From Mobula hypostoma (taxonomy: Eukaryota), in the NCBI RefSeq assembly GCF_963921235.1, contig NC_086097.1, positions 9,424,001 to 9,488,000 on the forward strand: 64,000 nt of DNA. The letters are read 5' to 3'. Of this stretch, positions 48,556 through 61,860 are shown one piece after another (within the stretch, counting starts at the first letter, position 1; the number at the start of each line of letters is the position of its first letter). Below the pieces are notes generated by a model. It had not been told where the DNA came from, did no database searches, and saw only the letters and a program-made list of their open reading frames with translations. The position numbers and the translations under genes were made by a program.

Positions 48556-49050
48556 AGTTCAAGTACAAGTTTATTGTCACTCAACTGTATACATGTACTC
48601 CATCAAATGAAACAATGTTCCTTTAGACCAAGGTGCACAACACAATATATATCACTCACACTCAACACATGAAGTTAAATTACACAAATAAATTAACAAA
48701 TACTAAAATGTAAGAAGACTGACATTTAGCATAAGCTGCATTTATGACACAAGTCAAAATGTAAATAGTATAATGCTACAGGGTCTTCACAGGTGATGAG
48801 ACCAGGATGGTGGCAGGAATTTCAGTAATCTCCACAGCTGGGGAAGAAAGTTCTTTCCCTTCTTAACTGTCCCTGTCCTGTTGCTGTGGTACCTAGGAGG
48901 GTCAAAAAGATCGTTGGACGGCCGGAGAGATCCTCAACATTGCTAAGGGCCTTGTGTATGCAGCAGTCCTGATAAATATTCCTGATGGGCGGAAGAGATC
49001 CTGATTAACCTCTCAATAGTCCACACAATCCTTTGTAGGGTCTTGCACTC
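48556..49050 (-). mobile_element. Rex1-type 3' fragment
   Basis: Tail gttcaagtacaagtttattg and a coding remnant of the 'ALQRIVR' type on the minus strand. Confidence 0.5.
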
Positions 49051-52000
49051 AAAGCCTTCACATCTTTTCAGTGTGGAGGTGACTAGAATTGCACACAATA
49101 CTTCAAGTGCGACCTAAGTTTTATCAAAATGCACAATTATTTCCATACCTTTCTACTCAATGCCTCTAATATATTGGGGGACAATACATTAGTTACCTAA
49201 AATATTTGTTTCAAGAACTTAATACAATTTAATAACATGGTACAATCCTTTCCTTTCCAGAATATTAGAGATTGCCTCTTTCTTCAAGTTTCCCTTCCTC
49301 CACCATTGATGCTGCCCTCACCCACATCTCATCCATTTCCTGGACATCTGCACACATTCCACCTTCCCACTATCTTAACAGTCATGGAGTTTCTCTTGGC
49401 CTTACTAATCATCCCATGAGCCTCTGCATCTGACGCATTATTTTCCACAAGGGACCTTACAACTAACCACATCCTTATCTTTCCAAAGAGATCACTTCCT
49501 CAGTGATTCCCTTGTCTATTCATTTTTCCCAACTAATCTACCTTCAGGCAGTTATTCCTGCAAATGGCCAAAGTGCTACACCTACCCTTTCACCTCTGAC
49601 CTAACCTCTATTCAGGGTCCGAAACAGTCCTTCCAAGTGAGCCAACACATCCCCTGCAAATCTGCTGCGGTTGTCTATGGTGTCCAGTGCTCCCGATGCA
49701 GCCTCCATCTGCCAAAAGTGGAACTTCCCAGTAGCCAAACATTGTAATTCTGATTCCCATCCCTGTTCTGACGTGTCAGTCCATGGCCTCTTCTTGTGCC
49801 AGGATGAGACCACTCTCTGCATGGAGGAGCACCACCTTATATTCCATCTGTGTAGCCTCCAAATTGATGGCATGAATATTGATTTTTCCTTCCAGTAATT
49901 ATTTTTCCTCACCCTCCCCTCTTCTTCAATTCCCCACTCTGGCCTCTTACTGCTTCTGACCAGCATATCACCCCCACCTTGCCTTTCTCCTATGTTCCAC
50001 TCTCCTATCCTATCAGATTCTTCCCACTCCAGCTCTTTACCTTTCCCACCCACCTGACTTCACCTATCAAGTTCTATCTATCTACTTCTCCTCCCCCCAC
50101 CTCTTTAGTCTGGCATTTTCCCCCTTTTTTCTAGTCCTGAAGACTTGTCTTGGCCTGAAACATTGACTATTTATTCAATTTCATACAGTGCTGATAAAAA
50201 TTATTCACCCCCTCCTCCAGAAGTTTTCTTGTTTCATTGTTTTACAACATTGAATCACAGTGGATATAACCTGACATTTTTTTGACACTGATCAATAGAA
50301 AAAGACTATTTTGGGTTAAAGTGAAAACAGATCTCTACAAAGTGATCTAAAATAATTACATATATAAAACACAAAATAATTGATTGCATAAGTGTCACTC
50401 CATTTAATATGACACATCAAATCATCACTGCTGCCGCCAGTTGGTTTTAGAAGTCACATAATTAGTTAAATGGAGATCTGTTTTTGGAGACCTGTGTGCA
50501 ATCAAGGTGTTTCAATTGATTGTAATAAGAATACACCTGTTTCTGGAAGGTCCAACTGTGGGTGAGTCAGTATCCTGACAAAAGCTACACCATGAAGACA
50601 AAAGAAAACTCCAAGCAATTCTGCAAAAAGGTTATTGAACAGCCAAGTCAAAAGCTGGATACAAGAAAATGTCCAAGTCACTGAATATCCCTTGGAGTAC
50701 AGTTAAGTCAATCATCAAGAAATGGAAAGAATATGGCACAGCTGTAAATCTGACTAGAGCAGCCCATCCTCAAAAACTGAGTGACCGTGCAAGAAGTGGA
50801 CTAGTGAGGGAGGCCACGAAGAGACCAGTGACAGCTCTGGAGGAGTTACAAGCTTCAGTGCCTGAGATTGGAGAGACTGCACATACAACAACTGTTTCCC
50901 AGGCGCTTTATCAGTCACAGCTTTATGGGAGAGTGGCAAAGAGAAAGCACTACTGAAAAAAGCTCACATGAAGTATTGGCTAGAGTTTGCCAGAAAGCGT
51001 GTGGGAGACTTTGGCATCAGCTGGAAGAAAATTCTATGGTCTGATGAAACTAAAACTGAGCTTTTTGGCCATCAGACTAAAGGCTTTGTTTGGCATATGC
51101 CAAACACCACATATCATCAAAAAAAAAACACCATCCCTACTCTGAAGCATACTGGTGGTTGCGTCATACTCTGGAGAAGCTTCAGACTTTGGTCCAAATA
51201 AGAATTTGTGGCTGGACATGAATAGAGTTGTTCACTCATCATCCCCATGCAATCTGACAGAGCTTCAGCAGTTTTGTAAAGGAGAATGGGGAAACATCCA
51301 GTGTCCAGACATGCAAACTGATAGAGATCTATCCACACAGACTCAAGGCTGTAATTGCTGCCAAAGGTGCATCTACTAAATACTGATTTGAAGGGGGTGA
51401 ATACTTAAGACCACAAGACCATAAAACAATAAGATATAGGAGCAGAAGTGGGCCATTCGGCCCATCGAGTCTGCTCTGCCATTCAATCATGGGCTGATGC
51501 AATTATTCCAGTTATCCCCACTCCCCTGCTTTCACCCCATGCCCATTGATGCCCTGGATAATCAAGAACCTATCTATCTCTACCTTAAATACACCCAATA
51601 CCTTGGTGTCCACAGCCACTCGTGACAACAAATTCCACAGATTTACCATCCTCTGACCAAAGTAATCTCTCCGCATATCAGTTCTAAAAGGACGTCCTTC
51701 AATCCTGAAGTTGAGCCCACTTGTCCTAGAATCCCCTACCATGGGAAATAACTTTGCAATATCTAATCTGTTCAGGTCTTTTAACATTCTGATTGTTTCT
51801 ATGAACTCCAGGGAATACAGCCCAAGAGCTGCCAGAGGTTCCTCATATGGTAACACTTTAATTCCTGGAATCATTCTTGTGAATCTTCTCTGAACCCTCT
51901 CCAATGTCATTATATCCTTTCTAAAATAAGGAGCCCAAAAAGTGTGGTCTCACGAGTGCCTTATAGAGCCTCAAAATCACATCCCTGCTTTTATATTCTA

Positions 52001-52150
52001 CACCCCTAGAAATGAATGCCAACATTGCATTTGCCTTCTTCACAAACAACTCAATCTGGAGGTTAACCTTCAGGGTATCTTCCAAAAGGAATCCCAAGGC
52101 CCTTTGCATCTCTGCATTTTGAATTCTCTCCCCATCTAAATAATAGTCTA

Positions 52151-52980
52151 AATAATAATAATGGTCTGACACCAGTAGAGAAGTGGTTATTGGTGAACTC
52201 ACAACACGCTGGAGGAACCCAGCAGGTCGGGCAGCATCCGTGGAAAAGATCGGTCGACGTTTCGGGCCGGAACCCTTTCTCAGGACGAAGGGTTCCGGCC
52301 CGAAACGTCGACAAATCTTTTCCACGGATGCTGCCTGACCTGCTGAGTTCCTCCAGCGTGTTGTGAGTGTTGCTTTGACCCCAGCATCTGCAGATTATTT
52401 TGTATTGGTGAACTCACAGTCCCCTGGGAAGAAAACATTGATGAAGCCTATGAGCGCAAGTTAACCAAATATGCAGAATTAAGATCGGAGTGCAGAGACA
52501 GAGGGTGGAAGGTCTCATACTATCCATTCGAAGTAGGCTGCCATGGGTCTATTGTGTTCACTCTCCAGAAGTGGCTGTGTGACCTTGGCTTCACTAGAAG
52601 AGAGATCAAGTTAACCAGCAGGGCTGTAGCTGAGGCAGCAGAGACAGGATCAGCATGGGTGTGGACCAAGTATGTCCAGAGGGGCAGATAGTCGGACAGC
52701 GTATACATCTTTTACAAACCCTTCAGTAGTTGCATAGACACCTGAAGAGTAGATTATCTGTTGGATGGAAGCGAGCAACAACTCTGATAGAGGCAGGTGC
52801 CAAGTTTTTAAGCTCACCAGTAAGAGGTTGTGCTTTAGCACTGCTGGCCCACCACCTCAAAGGAGTCTTGATCATAAGTGGGCTGGAACTCCTGAAGACA
52901 GGTGGCAGATCAACTGATGATCCCACTGGTGATAGCACGGGACAGTTAACATCTTAGTCCACGTGTATTTTCAATTCAAT
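52151..52980 (+). mobile_element. HERO-like (R2 superfamily) 3' fragment encoding a restriction-like endonuclease
   Basis: After removing the 52204-52402 insert and one TSD copy, the frame from 52162 to 52691 reads WSDTSREVVIGELTVPWEENIDEAYERKLTKYAEL..GWKVSYYPFEVGCHG..AAETGSAWVWTK*. It has a TTCAA-repeat tail and TCTA at both flanks. Confidence 0.85.
52204..52402. mobile_element. Near-perfect palindromic PLE-hammerhead unit
   Basis: Inverted arms of about 85 bp centred near 52285-52295, with a 16-bp TSD TATTGGTGAACTCACA. Confidence 0.9.
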
Positions 52981-55696
52981 TCTACCCATTTATTTCTTCC
53001 ACCAAAGTGTATGACCGTACACTTTCCCACATTGTATTTCATCTGCCACTTTTTTGCCCATATCCCTAAACTATCTAAGTCTCCCTGCAGGCTCTCTGTT
53101 TCCTCAACACTATCCACTCCTCCACATATCTTTGTATCATTGACAAATTTAGCCACAAATCCATGAATACCGTAGTCCAAATCATTGATATACATCGTAA
53201 AAAGCAGCTGTTCCAACACTGACCTCTGGGGAACTCCACTGGTAACCAGCAGCCGGCCAGAAAAGGATCCCTTTATTCCTACTCTCTGTATTCTGCTGAC
53301 TAGCCAATGCTCCACCCATGTTAGTAACTTCTGGGTAAGTTCATGGGCTCTTATCTTGCTAAGCAGCCTCATGTGCGGCACCTTGTCAAAGGCCTTCTGA
53401 AAATCCAAGTACACCATGTCTACTGCATCTCCTTTGTCTACCCTGCTTGTAATTTCCTCAAAGAATTGCAGTAGGTTTGTCAGGCAGTATTTTCCTTTCA
53501 GGAAACCATGCTGGCTTTGGCCTATCTTGTCATGTGCCTCCAGGTACTCTGTAATCTCATCCCTAACAATCGATTCCAACAACTTCCCAACCACTGATGT
53601 CAGGCTAACAGGTCTATAGTTTCCTTTCTGCTGCCTCCCACCCTTCTTAAATAGTGGAGTAACATTTGCAATTTTCCAGTCATCCAGTACAATGCCAGAA
53701 TCTATAGATTCTTGAACGATCATCGTTAATGCTTCCTTCATAACCGGAGGGTGCATTCCATCAGGTCCAGGAGATTTATCCACCCTCAGACCATTAAGCT
53801 TCCGGAGTGCCTTCTCAGTCGTAATTTTCGCTGCACAAACTTCACTTCCCTGATACTCTTGAATGTCCAGTATAAGTAGATGTCTTCCACCGTAAAGCCT
53901 GATGTAAAATACACATTCAGTTCCTCTGCCATCTCTGCATCTCTCATTACAATATCTCCAGTGTCATTTTGTATTGGTCCTATATGTACCCTCAGCTCCC
54001 TTTTACCCTTTATATTCTGAAAAATACTTTTAGTATCTTCTTTGATATTAGCCACCAGCTTCCTTTCATAATTCATCTTTTCCTTCTTAATGATCTTCTT
54101 AGTTTCCTTCTGCAAGTTTTTAAAAACTCCTCAATCCTCTACCTTCCCACTAGCTCTGGCTTCCTTGTATGCCCTCTCTTTTGCTTTTACTTTGGCTCTG
54201 TCTTCACTTGTCAGCCACAGTAGTGTCCTTCTTCCCTTTGAAAATTTCTTATTTTGAATATATCTCTCTTGTACTTCCCTCATTTTTTGCAGAAACTCCA
54301 GCCATTGTTACTCTGCTGTCTTTCCTGCAAACGTCCTTTTCCAGTCAACTTTGGCCAGTTCCCCTCTCATGCCATTGTAGTTTCCTTTATTCCACTGAAA
54401 TACTGACACATTGGATTTTATTTTTTCCCTCTCAATTTTCAATGACATTGATGAGATACTTTGAGAGATTGGTTATGACTAGACTGAACTCCTGCATCAG
54501 CAAGGACCTGGACCCATTGCAATTTGCCTATCATCACAATAAGTCAATGGCAGACGTAATCTCCATGGCTCTTCACACGGCTTTAGACCACCTTGACAAC
54601 ACAAACACCTATGTCAGGACGCTGTTCATTGACTATAGCTCAGTATTTAATACCGTCATTCCCACAATCCTGATTGAGAAGTTACAGAACCTGGGCCTCT
54701 GTAGCTCCCTCTGTAATTGGATCCTCGACTTCCTAACCAGAAGACCACAATCTGTGCAGATTGGTGATAACATATCCTATTCGCTGACGATCAACACTGG
54801 CACACCTCAGGGGTGTGTGCTTAGTCCACTGCTCCACTCTCTATATACACATGAGTGTGTGGCTAGGCATAGCTCAAATACCATCTATAAATTTGCTGAC
54901 AATACAACCATTGTTGGTAGAATCTCAGGTGGTGACGAGAGGGTGTACAGGAGTGAGATATGCCAACTAGTGGAGTGGTGTCACAGCAACAACCTGGCAC
55001 TCAATGTCAGTAAGACGAAAGAGCTGATTGTGGACTTCAGGAAGGGTAAGACGAAAGAGCACGTACCAAACCTCATAGAGAGATCAGAAGTGGAGAGAAT
55101 GAGCAGCTTCAAGTTCCTGGGTGTCAAGATCTCTAAGGATCTAACCTGGTCCCAACATATTGATGTAGTCATAAAGAGGGCAAGACAGTGGCCATACTTC
55201 ATTAGGAGTTTGAAGCGATTTGGCATGTCAACAAATACACTCAAAAACTTCTATAGTTGTACCGTGGAGAGCATTCTGACAGGCTGCATCACTGTCTGGT
55301 ATGGAGGGGCTACTGCACAGGACCGAAAGAAACTGCAGAGGGTTGTAAATCTAGTCAGCTCCATCTTGGGCACAAGCCTACAAAGTACCCAGGACATCGG
55401 GAGCAGTGTCTTAGAAAGGCAGGGTCTCGGCCTGAAACGTCGACTGCGCCTCTTCCTATAGATGCTGCTTGGCCTGCTCCGTTCACCAGCAACTTTGATA
55501 TATGTTGACCATTATTAAAGACCTCCAGCACCCAGGGCATGCCCTTTTCTCACTGTTACCATCTGGAAGGAGATACAGAAGCCTGAAGGCATACACTCAG
55601 CAATTCAGAAACAGCTTCTTCCCCTCTGCCATCTGATTCCTAAATGGACTTTGAAGCTTTGGACATTATCTCACTTTTTTAATATACAGTATTTCT

Positions 55697-58619
55697 TGCT
55701 ACAAACCCATAACCCTGGAACAAAGTTGATGCACAGTAAGATTAAAGAACTAACGGGGAAGTTACCATGCTCAGCAGGTGGTTGCATCAAGGCAAAAGAC
55801 GGCAGTTTAATTATGAACAAAGAGGAAATCCTAAACAGATGGACAGAATATATAAAAGAACTTTTTGAAGACCAAAGAGGAGAAAACCCGAACATAAAGA
55901 AGAATCTTGAAGGACCTAGCATTCTAAAGTCAGAAATTCAAGCAGCCATAAATAAAACAAAACATAACAGAGATCCAGACAACATGGCTGTTGAAATGAT
56001 ACTGGCCTTAGAAGATTTTGGAATAGAGAAAGTAACAGAAATAGCAAATGAAATCTATGATCATGGGGAGATACCTGATGATTTAAGTAAATCAGTGTAC
56101 ATCACAGTTCCAAAGAAAGAGGAAGCAACAGAATGTGAGTTACATCGTACAATAAGCCTGATGAGCCATGTGGCAAAAAATTATTCTCAGAGTAATCATG
56201 ATGAGAGCAGGACGCTGTATAAAACCAGAAATCAGTAAAGAACAATGTGGCTTTGTGGAAAACACTGGAACCAGAAATGCACGGATGATCAGTGAACGAG
56301 CCATCCAGGTACAAAAAGACATCTACCTATGTTTCATCGAGTATACAAAAGCTTTTGACACTGTCAGACAGCAAGATCTTCTGGATATGGTTCAAGATCT
56401 TGACATAGATGGAAAAGATATACGTTCCTTCAGAAACTTATACTGGGACCAGACAGCATTGATCAGAATAGAAGGAGAAGTGAGTGAGTATGTGAATATC
56501 ATGAGAGGAGTCAGGCAAGGTTGTGTCTTTTCGCCAGACTTATTCAACCTGTATAGTGAAATTATCGTGAGAGGTATCAAAGACATCAAAGGATTCACAA
56601 TTGGAGGGCATAATATAAATCAGCAGTCCCCAACCACCGGGCTGCGAACTGGTACTGGGCCGCAAAGCATGTGCTACCGGGCCGTGAGAAAACAATATGA
56701 TTTGGCGGTATGAGTCAGCTGCACCTTTCCTCATTCCCTGTCACGCCCGCTGTTGAACTTGAACGCACGCGAGGTCATTACCCACGCATCATCCATGTCA
56801 GCGCGGGAAGAAGATCAAATCCTCGAGCTTGCAAATGATGACGGGCTGAAAAGTATGTTTGACATAACATCTCTGCCAGCATTCTGGATCAAAGTCAAGG
56901 CTAAATATCCTGAGATAGCCACAAAAGCACTGAAAACGTTGCTTCCATTTCCAACATATTTCTGCAATGAATGCAACGAAAACTAAATTGCAGAATAGAC
57001 TGGACATAAGGAACCCCCTTCAAGTATCGCTGTCTCCCATCACCCCTCGATGGGACCGTCTTGTTGCAGGGAACAAGCCCAGGGCTCCCACTGATTTCGC
57101 GATATTGGTGTGTTGCAATGATTTTATATGGGGAAAATATGTGCTGTGTGTTTAATATCCAAACATTACGATGCTATTGACTTATAAGTGACTTATATAA
57201 CCATTCAATAATTACAGCATGGAAACAGGCCATCTCTGCCTTTCTGGTCCGTGCCGAACGCTACTCTCACCTAGTCCCACCGACCTGCACTCAGCCCATA
57301 ACCCTCCATTCCTTTCCTGTCCATATACCTATCCAATTTTTCTTTAAATGATAATATCGAACCTGCCTCTACCACTTCTACTGGAAGTTCATTCAACACT
57401 TACTTCAAGCTCCCCTGTCCTGCTCTGATAATTGACATCACTATATTCATGCGAGGAAAATATGCGCTATGTGTTTAATATTAAATTTGTTAAATAAACC
57501 CTTTTAGAAACGATATTGAGTGTATTAGCCACTTATCACCTATATTCCGGTCGTGATTAACACCCCCCCCCACAGAATCACCAAGAATGATTTGTAGAAA
57601 AAATCGGCACGTACACGCATGCGCAAGTCACGCATGCACACTGGTGCCCGCGCAAGGCTTCATGGTCATTGCAGTCTTTCTCATGGTAAACACAATGTAT
57701 TTGACTGCTACTCTTGTCCTTTGGCAACCCCACCCCACCCCCCACCCGGGTCAGCCGGTCCGCAAGAATATTGTCAATAATAAACCGGTCTGTGTTGCGA
57801 AAAAGTTTGGGGACCACTGATATAAATAACAACAGATATGCTGATGACATCGTACTAATTGCTGACTCAGAAACAAAACTTCAAGAACTACTCACTATAG
57901 TGGCAGCAGAAAGTAATCGCAGAGGCCTCTCAATCAACACCATGAAGACAGAAAGCATGGTCACCTCCAGAAAGACAAACATCCCACAATGTGTGATCAA
58001 GATCGGAGATACAAACATCAAACAAGTCAACAAATTCAGATATCTTGGCAGCCTAATGACAAGTGATGGCAGGTGTGACACAGATATCAAATACAGAATA
58101 GCAATGGTGAAAGAAGCTTTCCAAAAAATGAAGACCATATTAACAGACAGAAAGATGAGCACGTACACTAAAAACAGAATACTGCAGTGCTACATTTATT
58201 CTATCCTGACTTATGGAAGTGAATGCTGGACCACTTCCCCAGTTATGGAAAAGAGACTAGAAGCAGCTGAATTATGGTTCTACAGGAGAATGATAAAAAT
58301 ATCATGGACCACACACACATCAAATGAAGAAGTTCTCAGAAGAGCCCAAGCAGTTCGATCACTCACACCAACAATAAGAGAAAGACAAATCAGATTCCTA
58401 GGACACATCATGCGGAAAGATGAGCGAGAAAAACTCATACTCTCTGGAAAGATCGAGGGGAGCAAACCTAGAGGAGGACCTCGGCTTATGTACATCAAAA
58501 GCCTAGCCAGGTGGCTACACATCGAGGAAATGAAGTCATCCAAAGAACGAAGGATAGATCTATATGGAAAACCATGGTCACCAACGTCCGCATTGGATAT
58601 GGTACCTAGACACAGACAG
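55697..58619 (+). mobile_element. RTE-clade LINE, 5'-truncated
   Basis: HRTISLMSH, EQCGF, FIEYTKAFDTV, GVRQGCVFSPDLFNLY, RYADD and FRYLGS; 11-bp TSD ACAGTATTTCT. Confidence 0.95.
56621..57819 (+). mobile_element. Non-autonomous hAT (Charlie/Buster-like) composite element, copy 2
   Basis: TIRs cagcagtccccaacc / gtttggggaccactg, perfect 8-bp TSD ATATAAAT, and dimerisation-domain remnant FWIKVKAKYPEIATKALKTLLPFPTY..KTKLQNRLD. Confidence 0.95.
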
Positions 58620-60459
58620 ACAGTATTTCTATTTTTGCACATTTTTAATCATCTATTCAATATATGTAATTGATTTACTTGTTTATTTATTATGTTTTAT
58701 TTTATTTATTATTTTTTTTCTCTCTCTTGGCTAGATTATGTATTGCATTGAACTGCTGCTGCTAAGTTAACAAATTTCACGTCACATGCCGATGATAATA
58801 AACCTGATTCTGATTCTGATTCTGGTGTGAACTCGATCATTTTGTGATCACTGTTTCCTAAGGGTTCCCTAACCTTAAGCTCTCTTATCACCTCTGGATC
58901 ATTGCACAACACCCAATCCAGCACAGCCGATCCCCTCATGGGCTCAACAACAAGCTGTTCTGAAAAGCCATCCCTTAGACATTCTACAAGTTCACTCTCT
59001 TGACGTTCAGTACTGGCCTGGTTTTCCCAATCCACTTTCATGTTAAAATCCCCAACGATTATCATGACATTGCCTTTCTGACACACCTTTTCTATCTCCT
59101 GCCATAATTTGTAGTCCACATCCCGGCTGCTGTTTCGAGGCCTGTATACAACTGCCATTAGGTTCCTTTTACCCTTGCCATTTCTTAACTCAACCCACAG
59201 AGACTCTACACTTTCCGATCCTATGTCATCACTTTCCAATGATTTAATATCATTTCTTATACACAGAGCCACACCACCCTCTCTGCCTACTAACCTATCT
59301 TTCTGATATACTGTATATCCTTGGAAATTCAGCTCCCAATGGCAGCTGTCCTTCAGCCAAGTTTCAGAATGGCCACAACGTCATATCTGTCAATCTGTAG
59401 CTAAATTTCAAGATCGTCCATTTTATTCCTTATGTTGTGTGCATTCAGATGCAATACTCTCAGTCCAGTATTAGTTGCTTTCTGTTTCAACTGCACCACA
59501 CCTCTATTGCCCTGTAACTCATGCCACTGGGTTTGATTAAGCCTCATTTCCTGCCTGTTCTTTCTATTATCTCTGTTGCACACTATCCTTGATTTATTTC
59601 TGTTTTACTCCGGTTCCCATCCCCCTGCCAAATTAGTTTAAACCCTCCCTAAGAGCTCTATTAAATGTGCCCACTGGGACCCCTTTTGTACAGGTCATAC
59701 CTCCCCCAGAACACGATCCAATGATCCAGAAATCTGAATCCTTGCTCCCTGCACCAGTCTCTCAGCCACACATTAATATGCCTGATCATGCTATTCCTGC
59801 ACTCGTTAGCACGCGGCACAGGCCGCGATCCTGAGATTACTGCCCTAGAGGTCCTGCCTTTCGGCTTCCTACCCATCTCCCTAAATTCTCTCTTCAGGAA
59901 CTCACACGTTTTTCTACCTATATCATTGGTACCAATGTGTACTGTACCAAGATTTCTGGCTGTTCACCCTCTCCGTTCAAAATACTCTGCACCCGATCCA
60001 AGACATCCCGTACCCTAGCACCTGGGAGGCAACACACCATGCAGGTATCTCTATCAGGCTGATAGAACTTCCTGTCTGTTCCCCTCAATATGGAATCCCC
60101 TATGACTACCCCATTCCTCTTCTTCCTCTTTCCCTTCTGCACTTTTGCACCACTTATGCAATTATTTTATCTCTTATGTTTGAAATTAATTTAGATCACT
60201 TTGTAGAGATCTTTTTACAATGTGACCTGAAGGAGTCTCTTTCTGTTGATGAGTGTCAAAAAAGCCAAATTAAATCCACTGTGATTCAACGTAGTAAAAC
60301 AATAAAACATGAATACTTCCAAGGGGAGTGAATACTTTCTATAGGCACTGTACATGCTGCCTAACCTACCAGCATTTTGTGTGTTTTGCTTTGAATTTCC
60401 AGCAATAACAGAAATTCTTTTGTAAACAATCTCCATCCTGTTTGTCAAGGCTTGAAGAG

Positions 60460-61860
60460 AATGCAGAAGAGGTTCATTAGGATGTTGTCACGATTAGAGG
60501 ACATGCATTACGATGAGAGATTGGATAAACCTGTGTTGTTTTCTTTGGAGGCTGGTAGAGGTTTATAAGATTACGAATAGCATAGATAAAATAGACGGAC
60601 AGTCTCTTTTTTCCAGGGTTGAGACATCTAATACCCGAGAGCATGCGTTTTATCTGAGGGGGTAATTTGAAAGGAGATGTGATGGGCAAACATTTTACAC
60701 TGAGAGTGCTGGCTGCTTGGAATGTGCTGCCTGGGGTGCTGGTAGAGGCAGATACATTAGGAATGTCAAGAGATGTGTAAGTAGGCCCTTAAATGTGAGG
60801 GAAATGAAATGATATGGACATTTTGTAGGCAGAAGCTATGAGTTTAGTTAGTCATTTGATTACTAATTTAATTGGTTTGGCATGCTACTGCCTGCTCCTG
60901 TACAGCACTGTCCAATGTTCTAATTGTCACTGACCTGAAATGTTTGTTCTTTCTCCTTCCATAGATTTGGACTAACTTACCAAATATTTTCTGATTTTTA
61001 AGTAGTTTAAACAGGATACTGATTCTTAAGTAATGATGAGCATGAGAGTGTTGGAATTGCAGTGAAGCAATGGTCATGCACTTTTGTAGATGGAATAAAA
61101 ATATGCACTATTTTCAAAAGACCAGCAGATTCTGAAATCAGAGATGCAAAAGGACCTGGAAGTCCTTGTACAAATTTCCCTAAAGGTTACCTTCCAGGCT
61201 GAATTGTTAGTAAGGAAGGCAAGTGCAATGCTAGCATTCACTTTGAGAGGACTAGGATATAAATGCAAAGATGTAATGTAAGGATTTATAACGCATTGCT
61301 CAGACTGCACAGAGTATCATGAGTTAATTTGGGCCCCATTTCTAAGGAAGAATGTGCTGGTGTTGGTGAGAGTCCAGAGGATTTTTAATTAAAGTGATCC
61401 CAGGAATGAAGGGGTCAACATATGAGAGCTTCTGAAGGCTCTGGGACCTGTACTCGCTGTGGTTTCAAAGAATGAAGGAGGACCTCATTGAAACCTATCA
61501 GATATTTAAAGGCCTAGATAGAGTGGATGTGAAGAGGATGTTGCCAATAGTGAGTGAGTCTAAGACCAGAGGACACAGCTCCAGAACAGAGTGAGGTTAC
61601 GTTAGAAGGAAGATGAGATGGAATTTCTTTAGCTGGAGGGTAGTGAATCTATGGAAATCTTTGTCTCAAATGGCTGTGAGGCAAAATAATAGAGTATTCT
61701 TAAAATGGAGGTTGATAGATTCTTGATTAGTAAGGGCATCAAAGTTCATGGGAAGAAGGCAGAGGAATGGCGTTGAGAGATAATATATCAGCCATGATTT
61801 AAAAGTAGAGCAGAATAGATGACTTGGTGAGCCCAATTCTGCTCCAATGTCCAATGGTCA
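60460..61860 (+). mobile_element. Two decayed CR1 3' fragments (~60460-60925 and ~61120-61860)
   Basis: Collinear with the CR1 C-terminus and tails at 51420-52130 and 62757-63295. Confidence 0.75.

Larger units (their letters stand above)
54445..58824 (+). mobile_element. Rex1/Babar LINE, 5'-truncated, with an open RT frame
   Basis: LDPLQFAY, LFIDYSSVFNT, GTPQGCVLSPLL and KFADNTTIVG, with a (GATTCT)3 tail. Hosts a hammerhead fragment (55421-55507) and an RTE. Confidence 0.95.
51408..60151 (-). mobile_element. CR1 LINE (ORF1 esterase to 3' tail) with nested insertions
   Basis: VIGDSILRG and CLPGARVRDV, endonuclease VVYRP..GDFN, and the RT ORF at 52971-53783 (YLDFQKAFDKVPH, SGVPQRSVL). TSD ACTTA (51403-51407, 60152-60156). 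Confidence 0.95.
50186..60350 (+). mobile_element. Internally deleted Tc1 transposon with long TIRs, split by CR1
   Basis: TA-cagtg...cactg-TA termini, ~200-bp TIRs, paired-like HTH (SLNIPWSTVKSIIKKW), WSDETK motif and frameshifts. Confidence 0.9.
49270..60425 (+). mobile_element. Neptune-type Penelope-like element fragment (Cys-rich linker, GIY-YIG, terminal repeat) split by Tc1
   Basis: CKWPKCYT, VVYGVQCSRC and FPVAKHCNSDSH..EEHHLIFHLCSLQIDGMNIDF, with a hammerhead relic at 50132-50169. The terminal repeat resumes at 60351. Confidence 0.85.

Noticed and set aside
54169..55461. 430-aa ORF with a hydrophobic N-terminus, resembling a membrane-anchored RT
   Set aside because: It is a chance fusion: the N-terminus is antisense CR1, the middle is Rex1 RT (from 54445) and the C-terminus comes from the hammerhead insert.
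57714..58673. 319-aa ORF as a stand-alone gene
   Set aside because: It is the C-terminal half of the RTE RT read in frame from the hAT terminus.
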